A DNA stretch of 64,000 nucleotides from Salininema proteolyticum (GTDB taxonomy: Bacteria > Actinomycetota > Actinomycetes > Mycobacteriales > Micromonosporaceae). A model generated the notes under the pieces. It was not told the origin of the DNA and did no database searches. It saw only the letters and a list, made by a program, of their open reading frames with translations. Below are positions 56,023-64,000 of the stretch, piece by piece. How positions within the stretch are numbered: the stretch's first letter is position 1; each line of letters starts with the position of its first letter. The translations under genes were made by a program, and so were the position numbers. The stretch covers positions 4,511,319 through 4,575,318 of the forward strand of contig NZ_JBHUNX010000001.1 of NCBI RefSeq assembly GCF_042685645.1, read 5' to 3'.

Positions 56023-57201
56023 ATGCAGATTGAACCGCGCCTGTGGCGACGCGGGCTGGCCGTGCTGGCCCTGAGCCCGCTCGCGGTCCTCGCGCCCGCT
56101 ACCGCCCACGCCCAGGACGAGGAGGTCTTCGACTCTCCGAAGGACGCCGCCGCGTCCTGGCTGGCGGAACAGGCCGAGGGCGACTACTGGATGAACGGCG
56201 GACAGCCCAGCGAGGGCACCACCCTGGACGCCGCCATCGGCTTCATGGCCGCCGGCGTCGGAGGAGACCGCGTCGAGGGATCGCTGCAGTGGTTCAGCGA
56301 CAAGGACGTCCTCGACGGCTACCTCTTCAGCGGCGAGGACGGCGACGACATGAACGCCGGCAGCGCCGGGAAGCTCGTCTACGCGATCGAGACCTCGGGC
56401 GGAGACTCGTCCCAGTTCGCCGAGCGCGACCTCAAGAAGGACCTGGCGGACACCAAGGCCGACGGCGGCCTGTACGGAACCACCGACTCCTCCCTGGCCA
56501 CCGCCTGGGCCGTGCTCGGACTGGACCGGGCCGGCGAGGAGATCGACGAGGAGACCGGCACCGCCCTCGCCGGAATCCAGTGCGAGGACGGCAGCTTCAG
56601 CTGGCAGGGCGGACCGGACTGCGCCGGGACCCCCGACATCACCGGCACCGTCGTGTCGGCCCTGACCGTGATCGGCGGCGACGACGCGGCGGCCGCGAAG
56701 GAGAAGGCCGTCCAGTGGCTGCTGGACAACCAGGCCGAGGACGGCTCCTACAACGCCGACGGCAGCGAGGACACCGCGGGCGACGCCAACTCGACGGCGG
56801 TCGCCGCGCAGGCGCTCCTCCAGGGCGAGCACCGCGAAGAGGCCGAGAAGGCCGTGTCCTTCCTCCTGACGCTGCAGCTGGGCTGCGGCGAGGACGGAGA
56901 GGGCGCCGTCAAGTACCAGGCCGAGGAGAACGAGGAGTTCGGCGAGGAGCCGCGCGTCCTCGCCACCGCGCAGTCCCTGGTCCCCCTGTCGGGCCAGAAC
57001 TACGTCGACCTGGACGCCTCCGCCATGGAGAGCGGAATCCCGGACGTCGAGTGCCGGGCCGACGGCGGCACCGAGGAGTCCGAGGCGGCCGAGAAGACCG
57101 CCACCTGGCTCCCGTGGGCGATCACCGGGGCCATCGTCGTCATCGGCGCGGTCATCGCGTTCGCCGTAGTGCGCAGCAAGCGCCACCACGCGGAGAAATA
57201 G
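56023..57201 (+). CDS. prenyltransferase/squalene-oxidase-repeat (alpha-alpha toroid) cell-surface protein with a C-terminal TM anchor
   Basis: Signal peptide (LAVLALSPLAVLAPATAHA). Repeated Q/W/G-containing terpenoid-cyclase-like repeats (WAVLGL, DGSFSW, DGSYNA). C-terminal TM plus basic tail. Confidence 0.75.
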   Translation: MQIEPRLWRRGLAVLALSPLAVLAPATAHAQDEEVFDSPKDAAASWLAEQAEGDYWMNGGQPSEGTTLDAAIGFMAAGVGGDRVEGSLQWFSDKDVLDGYLFSGEDGDDMNAGSAGKLVYAIETSGGDSSQFAERDLKKDLADTKADGGLYGTTDSSLATAWAVLGLDRAGEEIDEETGTALAGIQCEDGSFSWQGGPDCAGTPDITGTVVSALTVIGGDDAAAAKEKAVQWLLDNQAEDGSYNADGSEDTAGDANSTAVAAQALLQGEHREEAEKAVSFLLTLQLGCGEDGEGAVKYQAEENEEFGEEPRVLATAQSLVPLSGQNYVDLDASAMESGIPDVECRADGGTEESEAAEKTATWLPWAITGAIVVIGAVIAFAVVRSKRHHAEK

Positions 57202-57205
57202 GATT

Positions 57206-57760
57206 ATGGGGCGGACCATGGTGTTCCAGACGGCGCTGACGGCCGCGGCCCTCGCCGTGGCCGCCCCGCTCCCCGCCGCCGCGGAAGAGCAGGCCTGCAC
57301 AGGAGTGACCGTCGTGGTCGACTTCCCCGACGGCACGACCGCGAGCGGCTGCGCCGACGACCCGGGCAACGGACTCGAGGCGCTCACCCAGGCGGGCTTC
57401 ACCGTCACCGAGGTCAACGGCCAGGCCGGCATGGTCTGCCGCATCGACGAACGGCCCGAGACCTCCTGCGCGGCGACCCCCTCGCAGGACGAGTACTGGT
57501 CGTACTGGACGGCCGGCGAGGGCGACGAGGACTGGACCTACGCCCAGGCCGGCCCCTCCCAGGCGAGGCCGGGCCCCGGCTCCAGCCAGGGCTGGACGTT
57601 CGGCGACGGCGAGACAGAGCCGAGCCGGCCCCCGGCGGCGGCCCCGGTCGGCGAGCGGTCCGACGAGAAGGCCGACGGCTACTGGTGGATCGCGGCACCC
57701 GTCCTCATCGTCCTGGTCGCCGCGGCCGCCATCGTCGTCCGCCGCCGCAATGCCGACTGA
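57206..57760 (+). CDS. secreted DUF4430-like beta-domain protein with a C-terminal TM anchor
   Basis: Signal peptide. About 120-aa Cys-containing beta domain. Gly/Pro linker. C-terminal TM (WWIAAPVLIVLVAAAAIVV). Confidence 0.65.
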   Translation: MGRTMVFQTALTAAALAVAAPLPAAAEEQACTGVTVVVDFPDGTTASGCADDPGNGLEALTQAGFTVTEVNGQAGMVCRIDERPETSCAATPSQDEYWSYWTAGEGDEDWTYAQAGPSQARPGPGSSQGWTFGDGETEPSRPPAAAPVGERSDEKADGYWWIAAPVLIVLVAAAAIVVRRRNAD

Positions 57761-58889
57761 CGCCGTACGCGTCCGCCCCGGGCACGGCGAACTCCGTCCG
57801 AGGCCCCACGGCCCCCGCCGACCGCACGGCGCCCGGGGGAAGAGGAGCGTCCACCCGGCCGCCTGGTGGGGATGGGCCATAGCCCTCGCGACGGTGACCG
57901 CCCTCAGCCACAATCCCTGGACGAACCTCCTCATCGTCGCCGTCACCGGCCTCGTCGTGGCCGCCTGCCGCGGCGACGAGCCCTGGTCGGGCGCCTGGCG
58001 CGTCTTCCTGGCCATCGGCCTGACCGTCGTCGGCATCCGCTTCGTCTTCTACTTCCTGTTCGGCGGGACCGAGGGGACGACCGTCCTGTTCACCCTGCCG
58101 CAGTGGAACATCGGCGACACCGGCCTGAGCGTGGGCGGCAGGGTCACCGCCGAGGGCGCGCTCGCGGCCCTCTACGACGGCCTCCGACTGGCGACCCTGC
58201 TGATCTGCGTGGGCGCGGCCAACGCCCTGGCCAGCCCCAGGAGGCTGCTGCGGAGCCTGCCGACCGCCCTCTACGAGATCGCGCTCGCCGTGGTCGTGGC
58301 CCTCGCCCTGATCCCGCAGCTGGTGAGCGCCGTCAAGCGCATCCGGCGGGCGAAGGAGCTGCGGGGCAGCAGGAAGAAGGGACCCATCGTGTTCATGAGG
58401 ACGGTGCTCGCCCCGGTCCTGACCGACGCCCTGGACCGGTCGCTCGACCTGGCGGCCTCCATGGCCAGCCGCGGGTACGGGCGCGCCACGGCCGTCGACC
58501 CGCGCAACAGGCGCACGGTGGCCGGCCTCAGCATGATCGCCCTGACCGGGATCCTCGTGGGGGCCTACGGGCTCCTGACGTACGAATCGGCGCTTTGGAC
58601 GTGGGGGATGCTCTTCGCCGGCGCCGCCGTGGGCGTCACCGCCGTGCGGGCGGCCTCCCGGAGATTCCGGCACACGCGCTACCGCCGCGACCGGTTCCGC
58701 CCGGTCGACTGGGCCGTCCTCGCCTCCGGAGCCGTCGCCCTGGCCGGAGGCATCGCCAACAACGTCATCTCCCCCTCGCAGATGTGGCCCACCCCGGAGC
58801 TTGCCCCGCCGCCGCTCGCCCTGATCGCCGTGCTGGGAGTGCTCACGGCGGCCGCCCCCGCCTTCTTCGCCTCTGAGGAGTCCCGGTGA
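57750..58889 (+). CDS. ECF transporter transmembrane (T) component (CbiQ/EcfT family)
   Basis: 5-6 TM helices. Conserved Arg-containing coupling helices (LDRSLDLAASMASRGY...R). Confidence 0.75.
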   Translation: MPTDAVRVRPGHGELRPRPHGPRRPHGARGKRSVHPAAWWGWAIALATVTALSHNPWTNLLIVAVTGLVVAACRGDEPWSGAWRVFLAIGLTVVGIRFVFYFLFGGTEGTTVLFTLPQWNIGDTGLSVGGRVTAEGALAALYDGLRLATLLICVGAANALASPRRLLRSLPTALYEIALAVVVALALIPQLVSAVKRIRRAKELRGSRKKGPIVFMRTVLAPVLTDALDRSLDLAASMASRGYGRATAVDPRNRRTVAGLSMIALTGILVGAYGLLTYESALWTWGMLFAGAAVGVTAVRAASRRFRHTRYRRDRFRPVDWAVLASGAVALAGGIANNVISPSQMWPTPELAPPPLALIAVLGVLTAAAPAFFASEESR

Positions 58890-60517
58890 CCGAACCGACC
58901 GCCGTAGAGTTCCGCGGAGTCGGCTTCCGCTACGGAGGCGACCCCGTCTTCGAGGACGTCTCGTTCCGCCTCCCCGAAGGGGAGTTCTGCCTGCTGACGG
59001 GCCCGACGGGCTCGGGCAAGACGACGCTGCTGCGCATGGTCGACGGGCTCGTCCCGTACTTCAGCGGAGGCACCGTGACCGGGTCGGTGACCGTGGGCGG
59101 CAGGGAGATACGCACGACGACCCCGGCGGAGAACGCGGACCTCGTCGGATACGTCAACCAGGACCCCCTGGCCGGCTTCGTGACCGACGACGTGGTCGAC
59201 GAACTGGCCTTCACCGCCGAGCAGCTCGCCGTCCCCTCCGCGGCCATCCGCAAGAGGCTCACCGAGATCATGGACCTGGTGGGGCTCGCCGAACTGCGGG
59301 GCCGGACCCTCGCCACCCTCTCGGCCGGACAGCGGCAGCGGGTCGCGATCGGCGCGGCCCTGACGGCCGGGCCGCGGATCCTCGTGCTCGACGAGCCGAC
59401 CAGCGCGCTCGACCCCGCCGGCGCGGACGAAGTGCTCAGCATCCTGCACCGTCTCGTCCACGATCTGGGCATCACGGTGCTGCTCAGCGAGCACCGCCTG
59501 GAGAGGGTCATCCAGTACGCCGACTCGGGCCTGGTCATCCGCGGCACCTCCGTCGTGGCGGGCGCCCTGTCGGACACCCTCGCCGGAACGGACATCGCGC
59601 CTCCCGTGGTCAAGCTCGCGGAGGCGGCCGACCTGAGGAAGGCGGACGGCGGACTGCCGGTCACGGTGCGGGACACGAGGAGAGTCGCCGAAGCGCTGCG
59701 CGACCGCCTCGACGGGACCGAGCCGCCGCACCCGCGCGCGGAGGACGCCCCGATCCTGGCGGAGGTGGACGGCCTCTGCGTCGACTACAAGGACTTCCGC
59801 GCCGTCGACGAGGTCTCGCTCGCGGTTCGGCGCGGCCAGAGCACGGCCCTCACCGGCCGCAACGGGTCCGGCAAGAGCAGCCTCCTGTGGGCCGTCCAGG
59901 GCACGGGACCGCGTTCCGGGGGACGGGTGTCCTTCGACGGCACCGACCCCGCCGACCTCAAACCGCCCGCGCGGCGGGCCCTCGTGGGACTCGTCCCGTC
60001 CGAACCCGCCGACCTGCTCTACCACGAGAGCGTCGCCGCCGAGTGCGCCGAGGCGGACGGCGACAGCGACGCCCCGGCGGGGACGTGCGAGAAGATCTTC
60101 CACAAGATGGTGACCGCCGAGCCGGGCGCCGTCCCGCCGCCCGCGGACGCCAGCCCCAGGGACCTCTCCGAGGGCCAGAAGCTCGCGCTCGCGCTCGCCG
60201 TGACCCTGACCGCCGCGCCGCCGCTCCTACTGCTCGACGAGCCGACCCGGGGACTCGACTACGGCGCCAAGGGAGTGCTCACGGCGCTGCTGCACGAGCA
60301 CACGGCCGCGGGCGGGGCAGTACTGCTTGCCAGCCACGACGTCGAGTTCATCGCCGAGTTCGCCGACCACGTGCACCTCCTGTCGGACGGGCAGACCGTG
60401 GCCGAGGGGCCCGCCCGCGACATGATGGGCGCCTCGCCGATGTTCGCGCCCCAGGTGGCCAAGGTGCTGCCCGGGTGGATGACCGTTGGGGAAGTGGAGG
60501 CGGCCCTCGATGAGTGA
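58886..60517 (+). CDS. ECF transporter ATPase, fused duplicated EcfA-EcfA' (two ABC domains)
   Basis: Two Walker A motifs (GPTGSGKTT, GRNGSGKSS). Two signature/Walker B regions (LSAGQRQRVAIGAAL...LVLDEPTSALD; LSEGQKLALALAVTL...LLLDEPTRGLD). Confidence 0.9.
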   Translation: MTEPTAVEFRGVGFRYGGDPVFEDVSFRLPEGEFCLLTGPTGSGKTTLLRMVDGLVPYFSGGTVTGSVTVGGREIRTTTPAENADLVGYVNQDPLAGFVTDDVVDELAFTAEQLAVPSAAIRKRLTEIMDLVGLAELRGRTLATLSAGQRQRVAIGAALTAGPRILVLDEPTSALDPAGADEVLSILHRLVHDLGITVLLSEHRLERVIQYADSGLVIRGTSVVAGALSDTLAGTDIAPPVVKLAEAADLRKADGGLPVTVRDTRRVAEALRDRLDGTEPPHPRAEDAPILAEVDGLCVDYKDFRAVDEVSLAVRRGQSTALTGRNGSGKSSLLWAVQGTGPRSGGRVSFDGTDPADLKPPARRALVGLVPSEPADLLYHESVAAECAEADGDSDAPAGTCEKIFHKMVTAEPGAVPPPADASPRDLSEGQKLALALAVTLTAAPPLLLLDEPTRGLDYGAKGVLTALLHEHTAAGGAVLLASHDVEFIAEFADHVHLLSDGQTVAEGPARDMMGASPMFAPQVAKVLPGWMTVGEVEAALDE

Positions 60518-61349
60518 GCCGCTCCAGGAGCACCGGTTCTCGCCCAGAGCGGGGGCGAAACTGGGCGTCGCGCCGTCGCTGGTGCTGGCGATGGCGGCGG
60601 TCTTCGGACTCGCGGCCATGGTCTGGCCGCTGTTCGCCGCCCCCGGATCGGCCGTCACCCAGGACGCCACGGCGCCATGGATCTTCGCGCTCATGCTGCC
60701 GGTCGTCCTGGCCGTGGCGCTGACGCAGGTCGCCGGGGGCGCACTGGACCCGCGGGCGATCGCGATGCTGGGGGTGCTGTCCGCCGGGGTCGCGGCCGTG
60801 CGCCCCTTCGGCGCCGGCGCGGGCGGCATCGAGACGGTCTTCTTCCTGATCATCCTGGCCGGGCGGGTCTTCGGCCCGGCCTTCGGTTTCCTCCTGGGCA
60901 CCACGGGCCTGCTGACCTCGGCGTTCCTGACCGGCGGGATCGGCCCCTGGCTGCCGTACCAGATGTTCGCCGCAGCCTTCATCGGCCTGGGCGCGGGGCT
61001 GCTGCCCGGTGCCCGGAGGGAGTCGGGCGAACCGGGGCCGCGGACGAGGACCGGACGAGTCGGAGAGCTGGGAATGCTCGTCCTCTACGGCATCGTCGTC
61101 TCGCTGGTGTTCGGACTCCTGCTCAACCTCTCGTTCTGGCCGTTCACCATCACCACGGGCGCGCTCGCCTACGTGCCGGGCGCCGACTTCAGTGAGAACT
61201 TCGGGCGGCTGGTCCTCTACAGCCTGGCCACCTCCCTGGGCTGGGACCTCGGTCGGGCCGTCACGACGACGATCCTCCTGGCGGTCGCCGGGCCGCTGTT
61301 GCTGAAGATCTTCCGCCGCGCCGCCAAACGCGCTCGGTGGGAGGGCTGA
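60510..61349 (+). CDS. ECF transporter substrate-specific (S) component candidate
   Basis: Start at MSEPLQEH overlapping the ATPase stop. 6 TM helices. Positioned last in the ECF operon. Confidence 0.6.
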   Translation: MSEPLQEHRFSPRAGAKLGVAPSLVLAMAAVFGLAAMVWPLFAAPGSAVTQDATAPWIFALMLPVVLAVALTQVAGGALDPRAIAMLGVLSAGVAAVRPFGAGAGGIETVFFLIILAGRVFGPAFGFLLGTTGLLTSAFLTGGIGPWLPYQMFAAAFIGLGAGLLPGARRESGEPGPRTRTGRVGELGMLVLYGIVVSLVFGLLLNLSFWPFTITTGALAYVPGADFSENFGRLVLYSLATSLGWDLGRAVTTTILLAVAGPLLLKIFRRAAKRARWEG

Positions 61350-61490
61350 GGCGCTCGCCGGACTCCGACGGCCCCCGGCCGAGTCGTTCGAACGCTAGAT
61401 TTGACGGGCTCGTGTATCTCATGTTCGCCGCCTCCTCGTCGAGTCTCTCGAACGCGGGTGCCTGTCGGTGCCGGACGATAGCCTGAGCCG

Positions 61491-61925
61491 ATGGAGCAAC
61501 GCATCAGCCTCATCACGCTCGGAGTCCGCGACCTGGAGCGCGCCAAAGCCTTCTACCAGGCCCTCGGCTGGCAGTGCCAGGAGATCGAAGAGACCGTCTT
61601 CTTCCAGACGGGCGGCATCGGGTTCGTCCTCTGGGGCCTCGACAAGCTGGCCGCCGACTGCGGCCTGGACGACGACGGCGCCGCCGGGTTCGGCGGGGTC
61701 GCCCTCGCGCACAACGTCCGCTCGGACGGGGAGGTGGACGAACTCCTGGCGGTGGCGGAGCGCGCCGGGGGAACGGTCACCAAGCCGGCCCGGCAGTCGC
61801 CCCTGGGCTTCTACACGGGCGTCTTCACCGACCCCGAGGGCTATCCCTGGGAGATCGCGCACAACCCCGGGATTCCGCTGAACGCGGACGGGACGCTGAC
61901 GCTTCCCGACTTCAGCGCCATGTAG
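61491..61925 (+). CDS. VOC-family (glyoxalase/bleomycin-resistance fold) protein
   Basis: LITLGVRDLERAKAFYQALGW...GYPWEIAHNP is the typical VOC beta-alpha-beta-beta-beta module. Confidence 0.8.
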   Translation: MEQRISLITLGVRDLERAKAFYQALGWQCQEIEETVFFQTGGIGFVLWGLDKLAADCGLDDDGAAGFGGVALAHNVRSDGEVDELLAVAERAGGTVTKPARQSPLGFYTGVFTDPEGYPWEIAHNPGIPLNADGTLTLPDFSAM

Positions 61926-61990
61926 AGGAGCCCGCCCGCCGTCGCGGCTCAGACCCCGCCGCGACGGCCGCCGGCTCCCTGCCTGATGCC

Positions 61991-62185
61991 GAACAACACT
62001 GCGGACAAGTTCCCTCCCCGGAGCCCGACAGCGCCTTGGCTCGGGCCTCGACCGCGAACTCGGCCGGCGGCTTCTCGCCTGAAGTCGAACAACACTGCGG
62101 ACAAGTTCCCTCCCCGAAACTTGAGGGTGCCTCGGCTCAGGTCAGGTCCCCACCGCGAACTCGGCCAGTGCCTCGGCGTGGACGA
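61991..62185. repeat. tandem about 96-bp duplication (two copies) that includes the 3' end and stop codon of the racemase gene
   Basis: The perfect 30-mer GAACAACACTGCGGACAAGTTCCCTCCCCG occurs at 61991-62020 and 62087-62116. CCGCGAACTCGGCC occurs at 62052-62065 and 62153-62166; the second copy lies inside the racemase C-terminal codons (AEFAV). Confidence 0.8.
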
Positions 62186-62834
62186 GGGCGGAGTCGAACA
62201 CGGGGAGATCGGTGTGCTCGGGCTTGATGAGCATGCCGATCTCCGTACAGCCCAGGATGACGCCCTCCGCGCCGCGTTCGCGCAGGCCCTCGATGACCTC
62301 CAGGAACCTCTCGCGCGTCGCGTCCAGGACCACGCCCCTCGTCAGCTCCTCGTAGACGGCGCGGTGGACCTCTCCGCGGCCGTCCTCCCCCGGCGTCAGG
62401 ATCTCGATCCCGTGGCGCGACATGCGGTCCTGGTAGAAGCCGTGCTCCATGGTGAACGCGGTGCCGAGCAGCGCGACCTTCCCCAGGCCCTCCGCCCGTA
62501 TCGCGTCGGCGGTCGCGTCGACGAGGTGGACGAGCGGGATGGAGATAGCCTCTTCGACGTGCCCGGCGACCAGGTGCATCGTATTGGTGCACAGCGCCGC
62601 GCAGTCGGCTCCGGCCTTCTCCAGCGTCCGGGCGGCCTCGGCGAGCATGCGGCCCTGCTCGTCCCATTCGCCAGCCCGCTGCAGGCGCTCTATCTCGGCG
62701 AAGTCGACGGTGACCATGACGCTCTTGGCGTTGTGGTGGCCGCCCAGGCGCCGATTGACGCCATGATTGAGGTAGCGGTAGTAGTCGGCGGAGGATTCGG
62801 CGGACATGCCGCCTATGAGCCCGATCGTCTTCAT
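62142..62834 (-). CDS. aspartate/glutamate racemase-family protein
   Basis: Start at MKTIGLIGGMS. The two catalytic Cys regions (LCTNTMH, LGCTEIG) are typical of Asp/Glu/hydantoin racemases. Confidence 0.85.
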   Translation of the reverse strand: MKTIGLIGGMSAESSADYYRYLNHGVNRRLGGHHNAKSVMVTVDFAEIERLQRAGEWDEQGRMLAEAARTLEKAGADCAALCTNTMHLVAGHVEEAISIPLVHLVDATADAIRAEGLGKVALLGTAFTMEHGFYQDRMSRHGIEILTPGEDGRGEVHRAVYEELTRGVVLDATRERFLEVIEGLRERGAEGVILGCTEIGMLIKPEHTDLPVFDSALVHAEALAEFAVGT

Positions 62835-62976
62835 GGGGCGATTGTCCCACCGCTGTGCGGGAATGGGCATTACCGCATTCCCAGAACTTGTCTATTGCCA
62901 GTTCATGGCACCTGCAATATAGTCCATTGTCGATATTCAGTGGTACGGTTCAGGTATGCCCACCGAGGAGAGCGAC

Positions 62977-64000
62977 ATGAGCGGCCACCAACACCACGGA
63001 CACGACCACGAAGACGCCGACGGCCCGGACCATGCACACACCACCGAGCACGGCTCGGGCCACAGTCACGCACACGGCACCGGTCAGGACGGAACGTCCG
63101 GCCACGGTCACGGCGCAGACCACCGCCATGAGCACGGTTCCGACCACGGCCACGAGCACCGCTCCGGCCTGTGGCACCGGATCGGGCACCTCGTCCGTCC
63201 CCACTCGCACGACTCGGCCGACAAGGTCGACAGTGCCCTGGAGGGCAGCCGCGAGGGCCTGCGGGCCCTGTGGATATCCCTGGCCCTCCTCGGGGCGACG
63301 GCCGTGACCCAGGCCGGCGTATTCGTCGTGACCGGATCGATCGCCCTGCTCGGAGACACCCTCCACAACGTCGCCGACGCGCTCACCGCCATTCCGCTCG
63401 GCATCGCGTTCCTCCTGGGACGCAGGGCCGCCACCCGCCGCTTCACCTATGGCTTCGGAAGGGCCGAAGACCTCGCCGGAATCATCATCGTCGTCTTCAT
63501 CGCCGTCTCGGCCTTCGCCGCCGCGTGGGCCGCGATCGACCGTTTCCGCCACCCGGCCGACATCGACTTCCTGTGGGCCGTGGCGCTCGCGGGGATCATC
63601 GGCTTCGCGGGCAACGAGCTCGTGGCCCGCTACCGGATCCGCGTCGGACGGCGGATCGGGTCGGCGGCGCTGGTGGCCGACGGCCTCCATGCCCGCACCG
63701 ACGGATTCACCTCGCTCGCCGTCGTCGCAAGCGCGGGCGGCGTGGCGCTGGGATGGGGGTGGGCCGATCCCGTCATCGGGCTGCTCATCGCGGTGGCGAT
63801 CCTCTTCGTGCTCAAGGACGCCGCGCGCGAGGTCTACCACCGGCTGATGGACGCCGTCGACCCGGCGATCGTGGACCGCACGGAGAAGGCCCTGCGCGAG
63901 ACTGAAGGCGTGGTCGACGTCGGCTCCGCGCGGATGCGCTGGGTCGGGCACCGCCTGCACGCCGAGATCGAGTTGCGCGTGGACCCCGGCCAGTCGGTGA
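62977..64000 (+). CDS. cation diffusion facilitator (CzcD-like) with a His-rich N-terminus; 3' end runs off the window
   Basis: ATG at 62977 preceded by GAGGAG; an alternative in-frame ATG lies at 62956. His-rich metal-binding N-terminus (HQHHGHDHED...HSHAHG...HGHGADHRHEHGSDHGHEH). CDF TM signature (LLGDTLHNVADAL...). No stop before base 64000. Confidence 0.8.
   Translation, partial: MSGHQHHGHDHEDADGPDHAHTTEHGSGHSHAHGTGQDGTSGHGHGADHRHEHGSDHGHEHRSGLWHRIGHLVRPHSHDSADKVDSALEGSREGLRALWISLALLGATAVTQAGVFVVTGSIALLGDTLHNVADALTAIPLGIAFLLGRRAATRRFTYGFGRAEDLAGIIIVVFIAVSAFAAAWAAIDRFRHPADIDFLWAVALAGIIGFAGNELVARYRIRVGRRIGSAALVADGLHARTDGFTSLAVVASAGGVALGWGWADPVIGLLIAVAILFVLKDAAREVYHRLMDAVDPAIVDRTEKALRETEGVVDVGSARMRWVGHRLHAEIELRVDPGQSV

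Noticed and set aside
61986-63131. 381-aa plus-strand ORF starting in the tandem duplication
   Set aside because: It begins inside the duplicated repeat (giving the repeated NNTADKFPPR peptide), then runs antisense through the racemase gene. Its composition is Arg/Pro/Gly-rich, so it is not a real gene.

Overview
This 64 kb window is high-GC (about 70%) chromosomal DNA with actinobacterial gene content. It looks mostly like core chromosome, with a few compositionally distinct pockets.

Confident calls are glmS, an MscS channel, two histidine-kinase/LuxR response-regulator pairs, a DedA plus CDP-alcohol phosphatidyltransferase pair and an iron-siderophore uptake block (substrate-binding protein, two FecCD permeases, siderophore-interacting protein). 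Also confident are a dnaK-grpE-dnaJ-hspR operon preceded by two HspR-type inverted repeats, a tandem pair of CNNM/DUF21-CBS genes, a GH20 hexosaminidase, four TetR regulators (one with a clear nested-palindrome operator facing an aldo/keto reductase), mutY, an ECF-type transporter block, a CopC protein, a VOC protein, an Asp/Glu racemase and a partial CDF exporter.

The most unusual locus spans 24.2-37.1 kb. A canonical nfeD-flotillin (SPFH) pair is extended on the same strand by a single 1752-aa protein. That protein has a beta-rich N-terminus, about 750 aa of helical or coiled-coil sequence, one dynein/MoxR-clade (AAA_5-type) ATPase module near residue 1280 and a disordered Ser/Pro/Ala tail. 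It is followed by a membrane protein with a C-terminal Excalibur domain. Divergent from nfeD is a TM-less FtsK/SpoIIIE-family ATPase (about 800 aa, single P-loop) translationally coupled to a coiled-coil/3-TM protein. I propose this as a candidate undescribed membrane-microdomain-associated NTPase system; the domain assignments are motif-level only.

Other items worth follow-up:
- A small helical EspC-like protein, a 305-aa WxG-containing protein with a hydrophobic C-terminus and two YbaB/EbfC-like proteins, resembling a type VII substrate or effector cassette (16.4-18.3 kb).
- A histidine kinase with a fused C-terminal TM and extracytoplasmic tail.
- A 9-bp in-frame tandem repeat that encodes (TDG)n.
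- A low-GC pocket with two small ORFs and a stem that would sequester the ribosome-binding site.
- A 675-bp low-GC convergent intergenic region carrying 32-bp tandem repeats.
- A roughly 96-bp tandem duplication covering the 3' end of the racemase gene.
- An ECF transporter preceded by two surface proteins that together resemble a split transcobalamin, which I predict to be a cobalamin-capture system.

I found no rRNA, tRNA, CRISPR array, transposase or integrase. Coordinates of CDS come from the supplied ORF track with starts re-chosen by homology logic and RBS inspection; non-CDS coordinates were hand-counted and may be off by a few bases.
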